A stretch of 64,000 bases of DNA from Alphaproteobacteria bacterium (GTDB lineage: Bacteria; Pseudomonadota; Alphaproteobacteria; Bin95): the NCBI GenBank assembly GCA_965205265.1, contig CBDBGH010000003.1, forward strand, positions 1,600,001 to 1,664,000. The letters are read 5' to 3'. Shown here piece by piece: positions 21,989 to 32,432 of this stretch (position 1 is its first letter; each line of letters opens with the position of its first letter). A model generated the notes under the pieces. The model worked only from the letters and a program-made list of their open reading frames with translations. It was not told the DNA's origin and searched no databases. Made by a program: the position numbers and the translations under genes.

Positions 21989-23011
21989 ATGGCCCTCAAG
22001 ATCGACGCGCAATTACGCGGTTTCGACCTCTGCCAGGTTCCCGCGCAGGCGCAGCGCCTGGAGGAGCTCGGCTTCGACGCCGCCTGGACCTTCGAGGCGG
22101 CGCAGGACCCGTTCCTGCCGCTCGCGGTCGCGGCCACGGCCACCGAGAAGCTCGAACTCGGCACCAATATCGCCGTTGCCTTCGCGCGCAGCCCCTTCTC
22201 GATGGCCGGCACCGCCTGGGACATCCAGCGCGCGTCGCGCGGGCGGCTGCATCTCGGCCTCGGCACGCAGGTGCGCGCCCATGTGGAGCGGCGCTTCTCC
22301 ATGCCGTTCGACCGGCCGGCGGCGCGCGTTACCGACTATATCCGCTGCATGCGCGCGATCTTCGACACCTTCCAGACGGATGCGCGGCCGAACTATGAAG
22401 GCCCCTTCTACCAATTCCGGCTGATGAACCCGTTCTTCAATCCGGGCCCCATCGACCATCCGCATATCCCGATCTACCTCGCCGGCGTCAACCCGCGCAT
22501 GTGCCGGGCGGCGGGCGAAGCGGCGGACGGCTTCCATATCCATCCCATGCACTCGGTCTCCTATCTCAACGAAGTCGTCAAACCGGCCATCGACGAAGGC
22601 GCGAAGACCCGCGGGCTCGGCGTGGACGACCTCGACCTGCAAACGATGGTCTGGCTGGTTACCGGGGACAGCCAGGCGGAGATGGACGCGGCCTTCGAGC
22701 AGGTCCGGCGCGACATCTCTTTCTACGGCTCGACTCCCAACTACCGGCGCATGCTGGAGCATCACGGCCTCGCCGATCTCGGCAAGACGCTGAGCGGGCT
22801 GGTGCGCCAGGGCGCCTTCGACGAAATGGCGGCGCTGGTGCCCGACAGCCTGGTCGAGGACATCGCCATTATCGGCAAGCCGGGCGAGCTCGGCGACAGG
22901 CTCCGCAGCCGGTATGACGGCCTTGTGGACCGCGTGGCGCCCTACCGCCCGATTCCGGAAACCGACCAGGCCGAGCGCTGGCAGGCCTTTACATCTGCAG
23001 TTCGCGGCTGA
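21989..23011 (+). CDS. Luciferase-like (LLM) oxidoreductase, probably of an F420-dependent family
   Basis: DPFLPL, IAVAFARSP, LGLGTQVRAHVERRF, FNPGP, HPMHS, FYGSTPNY. Confidence 0.82.
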   Translation: MALKIDAQLRGFDLCQVPAQAQRLEELGFDAAWTFEAAQDPFLPLAVAATATEKLELGTNIAVAFARSPFSMAGTAWDIQRASRGRLHLGLGTQVRAHVERRFSMPFDRPAARVTDYIRCMRAIFDTFQTDARPNYEGPFYQFRLMNPFFNPGPIDHPHIPIYLAGVNPRMCRAAGEAADGFHIHPMHSVSYLNEVVKPAIDEGAKTRGLGVDDLDLQTMVWLVTGDSQAEMDAAFEQVRRDISFYGSTPNYRRMLEHHGLADLGKTLSGLVRQGAFDEMAALVPDSLVEDIAIIGKPGELGDRLRSRYDGLVDRVAPYRPIPETDQAERWQAFTSAVRG

Positions 23012-24350
23012 GCGCGCGGGCTTCTTTCGCCTGCTCGCGCGCCATTGCCGGGGCCTCGCCGGTGTAGCGGGCCGGGTCAAGCAGGGCGGCGATGCGCGGC
23101 GCGTCGAGATGGGCGGCAATTTGCGGGTCGGCGGCCAGCAGGTCGCGGAACCGGCCCTCGCCGCGCGCCGCCGCCTGCGCGGCCTCGTAGACGACATCGT
23201 GCGCCTCCTGCCGGCCGAGCGTCTCGCCGAGCGCCAGCATCAGCGGCTCCGCCATGATGAGGCCGTCGGAGAGGTCGAGATTGGCGCGCATCCGCTCCGG
23301 CTTGACCGTCAGCCCTTCCATTATGGCAACCAGGCGCGAGAGCATGTCGCCCGCCCCGATGCAGGCCTGCTCCAGCCCGCGCCGGATGAGCATGGAGGTC
23401 GCGCGGTCGGCCTCGTGCTCGGTCTGCATGCCCTCCAGCACGAGCGGCAGGGCAGCGCGAACCTGGGCTGCCGCCGCAACGACATCCTGGCTGAGAATCG
23501 GATTGCGCTTCTGCGGCATGGTGGATGAGCCGACCGTGCCGCGCGGCACCGGCTCCTCCAGCTCGCCGAACTCCTGCTTCATGCCGGTATAGACTTCGCG
23601 CCCGATCTTGGCCGAGGTCGATGCCAGAAGGGCCAGCATCGCCACATACTCACCGAAATGGTCGCCCTGGGTGCGGGACGGCACCGGCATCGAGTTCATC
23701 CCCAGGTGCGCGGCCATATGCTCCTGCACCTTGAAACCGTGCTCGCCGAAGGAGGCCAGCGTGCCCGCAGCGCCGCCCAGCATGGCGACAAAGGTGCGCC
23801 CTTCGAGGCCGCGCAGCCGCTCGACATGCCGGGCCATCTCGTCGATCCAGACCGCAACCTTGGCGCCGAATGTGGTCGGCACGGCGTGCTGGCCGTGCGT
23901 GCGGCCCGGCAGGGCGGCATCGGCCCAGTCTTCCGCGAGACCCGCCATCGCCTCGAGCAGGCGTCCGATCAGGTCCAGCAGTAGCTCGTGCGCTTCGCGA
24001 AGCAGCAGCAGGTCGCCCGTCTGCACGATGTTTTGCGTCGTGGCGCCCCAGTGCACATAGTTGCCGGCGTCGCCCTCGCAGATCTCCGAAAGCTCCCAGA
24101 CGAGCGGCACCAATTGATGGGCCGTTCGCCTGAACCCCTCGGCCAGCCGGTCCCGGTCGAACAGTTCCAGCTTCGCCTTGAACGCGATCTCATCGGCGGC
24201 CGCTTGCGGGATCATGCCGAGATCGGCCTCGGCGAGCGCCAGCGCCGCTTCCACATCGAGCCAGGCCTGCCATCGCGCCTCGATATGGAAGAGCGCGCGA
24301 ATGCCCGGGTCCGGGATGCGCAGGTCTGTCGGGTTGACGGTGGCGGTCAT
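22989..24350 (-). CDS. Adenylosuccinate lyase / PcaB-like fumarase-superfamily lyase
   Basis: HWGATTQN, GRTHGQHA, GSSTMPQKRNP. Confidence 0.88.
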   Translation of the reverse strand: MTATVNPTDLRIPDPGIRALFHIEARWQAWLDVEAALALAEADLGMIPQAAADEIAFKAKLELFDRDRLAEGFRRTAHQLVPLVWELSEICEGDAGNYVHWGATTQNIVQTGDLLLLREAHELLLDLIGRLLEAMAGLAEDWADAALPGRTHGQHAVPTTFGAKVAVWIDEMARHVERLRGLEGRTFVAMLGGAAGTLASFGEHGFKVQEHMAAHLGMNSMPVPSRTQGDHFGEYVAMLALLASTSAKIGREVYTGMKQEFGELEEPVPRGTVGSSTMPQKRNPILSQDVVAAAAQVRAALPLVLEGMQTEHEADRATSMLIRRGLEQACIGAGDMLSRLVAIMEGLTVKPERMRANLDLSDGLIMAEPLMLALGETLGRQEAHDVVYEAAQAAARGEGRFRDLLAADPQIAAHLDAPRIAALLDPARYTGEAPAMAREQAKEARALSRELQM

Positions 24351-24428
24351 CGCATGCCCCTTCGTTCAGCCGGGCCGGACGATGCGCTAGACTGTCCCGT
24401 GCGGCAAGCAGGGGAAGGCGGCGACGGC

Positions 24429-25235
24429 ATGACGCTCAAGGTGGGTATAGGTGGCTTCGGCACGATCGGCCGGCAGGTCGCCGCTACCATCGACGCAGGC
24501 ATCGAGGGACTGGTGCTCGCGGCGGTCTCGGCGCGGGACGAAGCGCGCGCCAGGGCGAGGCAGGCGGATTTCCGCTCGCCCGCGCCGGTCGTTCCGCTCG
24601 GAGACCTCGCGGCCTGCTCCGACCTCGTGCTCGAATGCGCGCCGGCCGCCGTCTTCGAAGAGGTTGCCTTGCCCGCCGTCGAACGGGGGCGGATTTTCAT
24701 GCCGACCAGCGTCGGCGCCCTGCTGCCGCGGATGGATCTGGTAGAGCGGGCCAAGGAGACCGGCGCGCGGATCGTGGTGCCGACCGGCGCGCTTCTCGGC
24801 CTCGATGCCGTCCGCGCAGCGGCGGAGGGAACCATCCACCGCGTCACGATGGTCACGCGGAAACCGCCCGGCGGACTCGCCGGCGCGCCTCATCTGGTCG
24901 AGAACGGGATCGAAGTGGACGGCCTGACGGAGGCGAAATGCGTCTTCAAGGGCAGCGCCCGGGACGGCGCGCGGGGCTTTCCCGCCAACGTCAATGTGGC
25001 CGCTGCGCTGTCGCTCGCCGGCATCGGCCCCGACCGCACCGAGCTGGAAATCTGGGCGGACCCGGCCGTGGACCGCAATCAGCACAGGATCGAGGTCGAG
25101 GCCGAAGCGGTGCGCTTTACGCTGGAGATCGCAGGGGTTCCTTCGGAGGAAAATCCCCGAACGGGAAAAATAGTCGCCCCGAGCGTGATCGCCTGCCTGA
25201 AGAGCCTGACGCAAACGCTCAGGGTCGGGACCTGA
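24429..25235 (+). CDS. nadX: Aspartate dehydrogenase
   Basis: GFGTIG, GALLGLD, TRKPP, FPANVNVAA, ENPRT. Confidence 0.88.
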   Translation: MTLKVGIGGFGTIGRQVAATIDAGIEGLVLAAVSARDEARARARQADFRSPAPVVPLGDLAACSDLVLECAPAAVFEEVALPAVERGRIFMPTSVGALLPRMDLVERAKETGARIVVPTGALLGLDAVRAAAEGTIHRVTMVTRKPPGGLAGAPHLVENGIEVDGLTEAKCVFKGSARDGARGFPANVNVAAALSLAGIGPDRTELEIWADPAVDRNQHRIEVEAEAVRFTLEIAGVPSEENPRTGKIVAPSVIACLKSLTQTLRVGT

Positions 25236-25250
25236 CGCCGAAGCGGCAGG

Positions 25251-28200
25251 CTATCGGTCGGGACTGCCGACAGGGTCCTCGTCCGGGTCCCAGTCGCGCC
25301 CTTCCGCACCGAGAAGAGGCCCGAACAGGCCGCGAAGGAAACCGGGAGCAAGAACCGAGAGCGGATTCACCGTGGTCTTCGGGTCGTCTGCGGGGCCCGT
25401 CATTTCGTAGTTCGCGGCGAACAGCCCTTCGCCGCCTCCCGTCAGGAGGTCCCCGAGCACGGGAATTTTTCTAAGCACCCGGCTCACGTAATAGACGGGC
25501 ACCAGCACGCCGTTGAGAGCCACGGTCTCCCGGTCCCGGTCGAATTCGCCGCGAAATGTCACGCCGATGGAATTGCCGAAGGCTCGCCCCGGACCCAGAC
25601 GGATCCGGTCGGTCCGTATCCTGAACGGCGTCTCCAGACGTTCGAACTGGAGGCCTGCATCGCTCGACAGGGCGTCGCCGATGCCGGTGAGCGACGCCGC
25701 TGCGAGGAGGCGGGTCAGAACCGGCGCATCCTTTATCCGGAAATGCTTGATGACCAGAGAGCCCCGATAGCGCTCCTCCGCCGCAGCGGAGCTCTCGGCA
25801 GTCAGGCGCAGCAGGCCGCCCCGCATATTGTCGTACCAGCCGAGCGCGGAGAGCAGCGCGCCCGTATCCTCCGCATCGATCCTCAATGCGGCCTTGTCTC
25901 CGTCCGGCTGAATGGAGAGCGACACCGCCCGCCCATCGGCCGTCCGGGCATTCGCCGCAGCGTCCGATATCCGCCCCCCTTCCAGCCCGATACCGGCGGC
26001 GAAGCCGTGCAGCGGCGCATCGCCCCCGAGCCAGGCGCGATCCGCATCCAGGCGGATGTCCAGGCGGTCGAGGCCCCCTTGCCCGGCCCGCTCGCCGCCC
26101 GCGCCGTCCAGAAAGGGCGACAGATCGACACTCGGTCCGTTCGCCCCGATCGAGACCGTGCCGTCCGGCCGCGGCTCGACGCGGACGGCGAGATCGGTTC
26201 GCTCTCCGATCCGCAGCCGGTCCAGCGAGCCTTCCAAGAGCCTCGCGCCTGCGAGATCGAAGAGGCCGCGGCCGACGAATTCGAGTCCCGGCCCGGCGGC
26301 GGCGATCGACGATGCTTCGAGCAGTCCGTCCGGCCTGGTGCGAACGCTTGCTTCCAGCCAGGCAGGCTCGCCGGTGGCCTTCGTCCAGCGGAGACGCTCC
26401 AGTTGAATTTCTGTGGCCCCGAGGCCCGCCTTCAGCTTGAGTTCGATTGCGTTGTCCCGGTTTTCCGTTGCCGTCAGATCGATCTCGACGGGTCCGCTCG
26501 CATAAGGAGCCAGGCGGATGCCGAGACGCGCCTGTCCGTCGTCATCGAACGTCGTGCGCAGCCTGTAGATGGCTTCAACCGGGTCTTTGACCGAAAACCG
26601 CTGCTCGAAATCGAATGTCGCCGGCTGCCCGCCGAGCAGGCCGCCTCCCGAAACGGCGAACTGCTTCTTGTCCGCCTTTACATCGATGCGGGCGTCTTCG
26701 AGGTTCGTCTTGAGCGCAGCGACCGGCAGACGCGCATCGACGACATCTCCTTCCGCTTCCAGCGCGACATCGTCGAGCGCCAGCGAGGCGAGCAGCGGCA
26801 GGCCGACCCGGAGGCGGAACGCCGCATGGCCGCCGAGCGCCGCGGGGTCCATTCCGAGATAGCGGGCGTATCCGAGCGGTTCGCGGTCGAGAACTTCCAG
26901 GATATGGCTCAACGGTCCCTCGAACCCGACATCCGCCGCCAGTCTGGAAGGCGGCGTCTCGCGGTCCAGCCCCAGAAAGTCCACCGCGGCGCCCGCAACC
27001 GCGATGTCCCGGTATTTGCCGCCGGACAATGCCAGCCTGAACGACTGCGAATCGAAAACCGCCTTGCCGCCAATGTCCTCGAACGGCGGCAGCGGATGCC
27101 AGTAGCGCGCCGTAACGCCGGAAAAGGACACGCTGCCCTCGATTGCCGGGGACCCGGACACGAGGCCGGATTCGGGGGCGATTTCGGCATCGACAACGAT
27201 CCGGGCCTTGTCCACCAGGCCCTTGCTCAAATTGGAAAGCACCCACTGGCGGGGGCCGGGGGCTCCGGTATCCGGGGGCCACAGGAGCCGGAGATCGTCC
27301 ACCGGAATCGCAACAGCCTCGCCCTCCAGATGCACTTGCCATCCGGTTTCGCCCCGCTTGCCGCTGCCGCTGGCCCCGATGCTGCCGCGGCCCAGCTCCA
27401 GGTTCAGCGATTCGACCAGTATCTGCCCCGCCGCCAGATCGGCCTGAACGAGGGCGCTGCCGCTCTCCAGGGCAACGGCTTCCGATTGCGGACCGGCGAG
27501 ATGCAGTTTGCCGGCGCCGAGCGTCAGCCCCAGGTCCAGGGTCAGAGGCCGGAAGTCCGGGTCGAGCGTCCATGCCACGGTGCCTGAAACGGGCGCGTCC
27601 AATGCCGCCGCAGCGGCGAGGCGCGGCGGCAGCAGCGGCGCCAGCAGGGCGGGCGGCAGGTCCTCCAGATGCGTAAAGGCGGAAACCGCCCCGGCCTGCC
27701 GCGCGCCCCCGCCCGACAGGCGCGCCGTATGGCCGAGCGCCTCGATTTCGACAGTCTCGATCTCAAGCCGCGTGAGGCCGTCTATGGCGCGGGCCTGTAT
27801 GACGAGCCCGTCCACCGGGACGCCGCGTCCGGCGTCCTGCGGGTCGGTGACGGCCCCGCCGGCTCCCTGCAGGTCCGCTTCGAGCGCGCTGACAGCGTAG
27901 TCCGGCGCAAGATGGACGCCGACGCTGCCGCTGAGCGGCGTGGACAGGTAGCCGAGCCATCCCAGCACGGGATGGAGTCCGGCGATGTCCCGAGGACGCA
28001 ATCCGTGCAGCCGGGCCGAAAGCGACGGCCCGCCGGCGTTTCCCGACTGAGAAAGCGTGAACCCGATGTCCGTTTCCGCCTCCCCGAGGCGGAGGGACGC
28101 CGTGCCTTCCGCGACCGTTCCCTCATCGCCGCCGCGCAAGGCCAGATCGAGCTGCGGCACGCTCCACTCCATTCCCATGACGTCATCGACGACCGCCAGG

Positions 28201-28724
28201 GCCGCCCCGCGCACGCCGAAACCCGCAAAACCGGCTCCGCCGCCATTCGTGCTTGCGGCGAGCAGTCCGCCGAGATCGATTTCCTGCGGTCCGCCTTCCG
28301 TTCCCGCGTTCGCCGCGGCGAGGAGGCCGATCGTGCCGTCGGTCCGCCGGCGCACCGTGGCGCTGACGCCGAGCAGTTCGACTTCCCTCGGCACGACCCG
28401 GCCTCTCAGGACATCGCTTGCGCTCAGGGCGAATTCCAGCCCCTGCGTCTCGACCAACGGCCTGCCTTCGAGGGTCACCAGCCGCGCGTCCGAGACCTTG
28501 AAGCGCAGCTGCCGGTTCCAGCCTGCCCATGCGACCTCGACCGCTTCCATTTCCACCCTGTAACCGGCCTCGGGACGGGAAAGCGCCGCCTCGACGCGCG
28601 GCGCCAGCAAGGCGAGGTTCACCGGCCCCTGGGACAGCCGCCAGACGGCGACAGCCGCCAGCGCGGAAACGAAGACCGCGAGGACCGCCAATATCCGCAG
28701 GACATGCCGAGGCCTTACCCGCAA
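25251..28724 (-). CDS. YhdP/AsmA-like (DUF3971) envelope protein
   Basis: N-terminal TM helix, long beta-rich body, C-terminal G.LVP...IPVLGDLL.G...GLFA.NY...VNPLS.LAPGFLR. Confidence 0.82.
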   Translation of the reverse strand: MRVRPRHVLRILAVLAVFVSALAAVAVWRLSQGPVNLALLAPRVEAALSRPEAGYRVEMEAVEVAWAGWNRQLRFKVSDARLVTLEGRPLVETQGLEFALSASDVLRGRVVPREVELLGVSATVRRRTDGTIGLLAAANAGTEGGPQEIDLGGLLAASTNGGGAGFAGFGVRGAALAVVDDVMGMEWSVPQLDLALRGGDEGTVAEGTASLRLGEAETDIGFTLSQSGNAGGPSLSARLHGLRPRDIAGLHPVLGWLGYLSTPLSGSVGVHLAPDYAVSALEADLQGAGGAVTDPQDAGRGVPVDGLVIQARAIDGLTRLEIETVEIEALGHTARLSGGGARQAGAVSAFTHLEDLPPALLAPLLPPRLAAAAALDAPVSGTVAWTLDPDFRPLTLDLGLTLGAGKLHLAGPQSEAVALESGSALVQADLAAGQILVESLNLELGRGSIGASGSGKRGETGWQVHLEGEAVAIPVDDLRLLWPPDTGAPGPRQWVLSNLSKGLVDKARIVVDAEIAPESGLVSGSPAIEGSVSFSGVTARYWHPLPPFEDIGGKAVFDSQSFRLALSGGKYRDIAVAGAAVDFLGLDRETPPSRLAADVGFEGPLSHILEVLDREPLGYARYLGMDPAALGGHAAFRLRVGLPLLASLALDDVALEAEGDVVDARLPVAALKTNLEDARIDVKADKKQFAVSGGGLLGGQPATFDFEQRFSVKDPVEAIYRLRTTFDDDGQARLGIRLAPYASGPVEIDLTATENRDNAIELKLKAGLGATEIQLERLRWTKATGEPAWLEASVRTRPDGLLEASSIAAAGPGLEFVGRGLFDLAGARLLEGSLDRLRIGERTDLAVRVEPRPDGTVSIGANGPSVDLSPFLDGAGGERAGQGGLDRLDIRLDADRAWLGGDAPLHGFAAGIGLEGGRISDAAANARTADGRAVSLSIQPDGDKAALRIDAEDTGALLSALGWYDNMRGGLLRLTAESSAAAEERYRGSLVIKHFRIKDAPVLTRLLAAASLTGIGDALSSDAGLQFERLETPFRIRTDRIRLGPGRAFGNSIGVTFRGEFDRDRETVALNGVLVPVYYVSRVLRKIPVLGDLLTGGGEGLFAANYEMTGPADDPKTTVNPLSVLAPGFLRGLFGPLLGAEGRDWDPDEDPVGSPDR

Positions 28725-28773
28725 TTATCCGCTCCGCTTGACCGTCCCTCACTATATGGGACCAATGGGAACG

Positions 28774-31611
28774 ATGACGACAGCCGAGAACCGCCCTCTT
28801 CCGGCCGACCCCGAATTGGCCGCCCGCCGTCTGGAGGACTGGCAGGCGCAGATCGGGTCGCTGGACCGCGACAGCCCGCGAGGCCGCGCAATCCGGGCGG
28901 TGCTGGGGTCCAGCCCGTTCCTTGCCGATTGCCTGCTGAGGTTCCCCGATTTTTCCCGGGACCTTGCCGCCGAAGGGCCTGACGGGCCGCTGGAGGCGCT
29001 GTTTGCGCGACTCCGGGAGCTTCCGGCCGATTGCGACAGTGCCGGCTGGATGCGGATCTTCCGGGAGGAACGCGCCCGGCTTGCAGCGGCGGTCGCCATC
29101 GCCGATGTCGCCGGCGAATGGACGCTGGAACAAGTCACCGGAACGCTGAGCTCGTTTGCGGCTGCCGCCCTCGACGCGGCCGTTCGCCACCTGCTCGCCA
29201 CCGGACGCGAATACACCGGCGCCGGGCCGGACGGTTCGGGCATAATCGTTCTCGGCATGGGCAAGCTCGGCGCCGCCGAGCTCAACTATTCGAGCGACAT
29301 CGACATCGTGCTGATCTACGACGATGCGGCTCTGCCCGTGCGGCGGCGGGACCGGACCGGCCAGACGATGGTGCGGTTCGCCCGAGACCTCGTCCGCCTG
29401 CTGCAGGAGCGCACCGCCGACGGCTATGTGCAACGGGTCGATCTGCGGCTTCGCCCCGATCCGGCCTCGACGCCGCTGGCTGTGCCCCTTCGGGCCGCCG
29501 AGGCCTATTACGAGAGCATGGGGCAGAACTGGGAACGGGCCGCCATGCTGAAAGCCCGCCCTGTGGCCGGCGATCTCGCCGCCGGGCAGGCCTTCCTGGA
29601 CTATATCCGCCCGTTTATCTGGCGGCGCAGCCTCGACTTCTGGGCCATACAGGACATCCATTCCATCAAGCGCCAGATCCACGCCCATCGCGGCCATGAC
29701 CGGCTCGCGGTCGCCGGGCACAATGTAAAGCTCGGGCGCGGCGGCATCCGCGAGATCGAGTTCTATGTGCAGACGCAGCAATTGATCTGGGGCGGCCGCG
29801 ATGTGAGCCTGCGCGCGCGCCCGACCTGCGCGGCGCTGGAGGCGCTGGTCGCGGCGGGCCATGTCGAGCGCGGCGCGGCCGACAGCCTGCGGGACGCCTA
29901 CAGGTTCCTGCGCGGCGTCGAGCACCGCATCCAGATGATCGACGACCGGCAGACCCATGAACTGCCGGATGCGGGCGGCCTTGCCGGCTTCGCGCGCTTC
30001 ATGGGTTACGGCGGGCAGGACGCCTTTGCGCCTGTGCTGCTGGGCCACCTGGACAAGGTCCGGCGGCTCTACGACAGCCTGTTCTCCGAGGCGGACACGC
30101 TGGCCGAGCCGGGCAATCTGGTGTTCACCGGCACCGACCCCGACCCGGGCACGACAACGACGCTTGCGGAACTGGGCTTTCGCAATCCGCAGCGGGTTTT
30201 CGAAATCGTCCGCGCCTGGCATTCCGGTTCGATACGGGCGACCCGAAGCGCCAGGGCGCGGGAAATCCTTACGGAACTGGTGCCGAGCCTGCTCAAGTCC
30301 CTTGCCGGCGCGCGCGAGCCGGACCGCGTGCTGGTGGATTTCGACCGCTTCCTGGCCCGTCTGCCGCTCGGCGTTCCCGTCTTCGCGATGTTCCAGACCA
30401 ATCCGCAGCTCATCGACCTCGTTGCGGAAGTGCTCGGCAACTCGCCCTTCCTCGCGGAGCACATGACCCATCATCCGGGCGTGCTCGAAGGCATACTGGC
30501 GGGCGGCGCGGCACTGGACGGCCGGGTGCGCCAGGACCTTCACAGCGCGCTCCGGGTTGCCCGAACCTACCAGGATGTCCTCGACATCGTCCGGCGCTGG
30601 GCGAACGACGCCCGTTTCGATACGGGTCTCGGCCTGCTCCAGGGCCGGCGCAGTCCACGGCAGTCCGGGGCCAGCCTTTCCGAAATCGCGGATGCCACGG
30701 TGGAGGCGCTGCTGACGGCGACGCTGGAAGAGTTCAGGGAACGGCACGGCGGCTTCCCGGACAGCAGCTTCGCCATTCTGGCCTATGGCAAATGGGGAAG
30801 CGGAGACCTGACGCTCGGCTCCGACCTCGATATGGTCGCCGTCTATGACGCGCCTCAAAAGGTAACGCATTCGGATGGCCCGAAACCTTTATGGGCTTCG
30901 ACTTATTTCAATCGCCTGATGCAACGCCTGCAAACGGCGATTACGGCCCAGACGGGAGAAGGGCGGCTCTTCGAGATCGATTTGCGTCTCCGTCCTTCCG
31001 GAAATGACGGGCCTCTGGCCATCCATATCGACGGGTTCGAGCGCTACCAGAAGGAGGATGCCTGGACCTGGGAGCACATGGCGCTGGTCCGGTCCCGCGT
31101 CGCCGTCGGACCGCCGGAATTGGCGGCGCGGCTGGACGCCATACGCATGGAAGTCCTGGCGCAGCCGCGCAGCGGCCTGCGCGAAGCCGTCCGCGACATG
31201 CGGGCGAAGATGGCGGCAGGGCGCAAGACCGGCGAGCCTTTCGACCTCAAGCACCGTCCCGGCGGCCTCATCGACCTGGAATTCCTGGCGCAATACCTGG
31301 TGCTGAACCATGCAGCCGCGCACCCGCCGATTGCGGAACGCTCCGCAGCGGCGGTCTTCCGCGCGGCACAAGCGGCCGGGCTGGCGAGCGGCCCCGCATC
31401 CTGGGAAGAACTGGCTGAAACGGCGGCGCGACTCGCGGACCTGCAGGCCCTTTTCCGGCTGTCGGGCGAAGCGCCGCCGGAGCACATGCCGGCACTGGCC
31501 CGCCTGGCGGCGGAACGATGCGGCTGTCCGGATTTCGCGGGCGTCTGCGAGCGGATCGAGCAGGACGGCGTCCTGACGCGCCGGTTCTTCGAACACCACC
31601 TAGCATGCTGA
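28774..31611 (+). CDS. glnE: Glutamine synthetase adenylyltransferase/deadenylylase
   Basis: Two NTase domains (MGKLGAAELNYSSDID; YGKWG..DL...SDLD), VDLRLRP, WERAA, GGIREIEF. Start uncertain (28738-28774). Confidence 0.94.
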   Translation: MTTAENRPLPADPELAARRLEDWQAQIGSLDRDSPRGRAIRAVLGSSPFLADCLLRFPDFSRDLAAEGPDGPLEALFARLRELPADCDSAGWMRIFREERARLAAAVAIADVAGEWTLEQVTGTLSSFAAAALDAAVRHLLATGREYTGAGPDGSGIIVLGMGKLGAAELNYSSDIDIVLIYDDAALPVRRRDRTGQTMVRFARDLVRLLQERTADGYVQRVDLRLRPDPASTPLAVPLRAAEAYYESMGQNWERAAMLKARPVAGDLAAGQAFLDYIRPFIWRRSLDFWAIQDIHSIKRQIHAHRGHDRLAVAGHNVKLGRGGIREIEFYVQTQQLIWGGRDVSLRARPTCAALEALVAAGHVERGAADSLRDAYRFLRGVEHRIQMIDDRQTHELPDAGGLAGFARFMGYGGQDAFAPVLLGHLDKVRRLYDSLFSEADTLAEPGNLVFTGTDPDPGTTTTLAELGFRNPQRVFEIVRAWHSGSIRATRSARAREILTELVPSLLKSLAGAREPDRVLVDFDRFLARLPLGVPVFAMFQTNPQLIDLVAEVLGNSPFLAEHMTHHPGVLEGILAGGAALDGRVRQDLHSALRVARTYQDVLDIVRRWANDARFDTGLGLLQGRRSPRQSGASLSEIADATVEALLTATLEEFRERHGGFPDSSFAILAYGKWGSGDLTLGSDLDMVAVYDAPQKVTHSDGPKPLWASTYFNRLMQRLQTAITAQTGEGRLFEIDLRLRPSGNDGPLAIHIDGFERYQKEDAWTWEHMALVRSRVAVGPPELAARLDAIRMEVLAQPRSGLREAVRDMRAKMAAGRKTGEPFDLKHRPGGLIDLEFLAQYLVLNHAAAHPPIAERSAAAVFRAAQAAGLASGPASWEELAETAARLADLQALFRLSGEAPPEHMPALARLAAERCGCPDFAGVCERIEQDGVLTRRFFEHHLAC

Positions 31612-31703
31612 CCGGGACGTTGGAGCGATGCACGCCATGTCCCTTTCCGCCATCTCCGTTCCTCTCATACCCGGCCCCTACCCGTCATGCCCGGACTTGT
31701 TCC

Positions 31704-32432
31704 ATTGCTGTCCGGTTTAGCCATTGGGCGAGGCTGAACGGGAGTCCGCCTGGGGTTTCGGGGGCGCGCGGCGTCTGCGATCCGCCCCTTGCCCGTGAGG
31801 CCCGAATGCCCCCTTCGACAGGCTCAGGGCAGACTCTTTCGTCATACCCGGACTTGTTCCACTGCTGTCCGGTTCAGCCGTCGGGCAAAGCCGGGCGGGC
31901 CTCGGTCGGGTTTTCGGGGGCGCGCGGCGTCCCCGGTCGGCCTCCTGTCCGTCATGCCCGAACGCCCCCCTTCGACAGGCTCAGGGCAGGCTCTTTCGTC
32001 ATACCCGGACTTGTTCCGGGTATCTCTCTCAAGCGGCTCTGCCGGGCGGCCGTATGGATGCCCGGAACAAGTCCGGGCATGACGATATGGGGGGCGGGCA
32101 TGACGGGAACAGGGCTAGGCCGCCGGGCGTCGATCCGAGTCCCGATCCCGCCGAACCCCTCGAAACCCGGTTGAATCCAGGCCATGCGCTCTGTCCACAA
32201 AATCCAAACCGGACAGCAATGGACTTGTTCCGGGTATCTCTCTCAAGCGGCTCTGCCGGGCGGCCGTATGAATGCCCGGAACAAGTCCGGGCATGACGAT
32301 ATGGGGCGGGCATGACGGGGACAGGGCCGGGCCGCCGGGCGTCGATCCGAGTCCCGATCCTGCCGAACCCCTCGAAACCCGCTTGAATCCAAGCCATGCG
32401 TTCTGTCCACCAAATCTAAGCCGGACAGCAGT
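31704..32432. mobile_element. MITE-1 copy A (about 358 bp), itself interrupted by copy B
   Basis: TIRs ATTGCTGTCCGGTTTAG / CTAAGCCGGACAGCAGT, flanking DR GGACTTGTTCC at 31693-31703 and 32433-32443. Confidence 0.85.
31861..32220. mobile_element. MITE-1 copy B (360 bp) nested in copy A
   Basis: TIRs ACTGCTGTCCGGTT / AACCGGACAGCAAT, DR GGACTTGTTCC at 31850-31860 and 32221-32231, intact internal CGTC dimer at 31997-32084. Confidence 0.85.
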
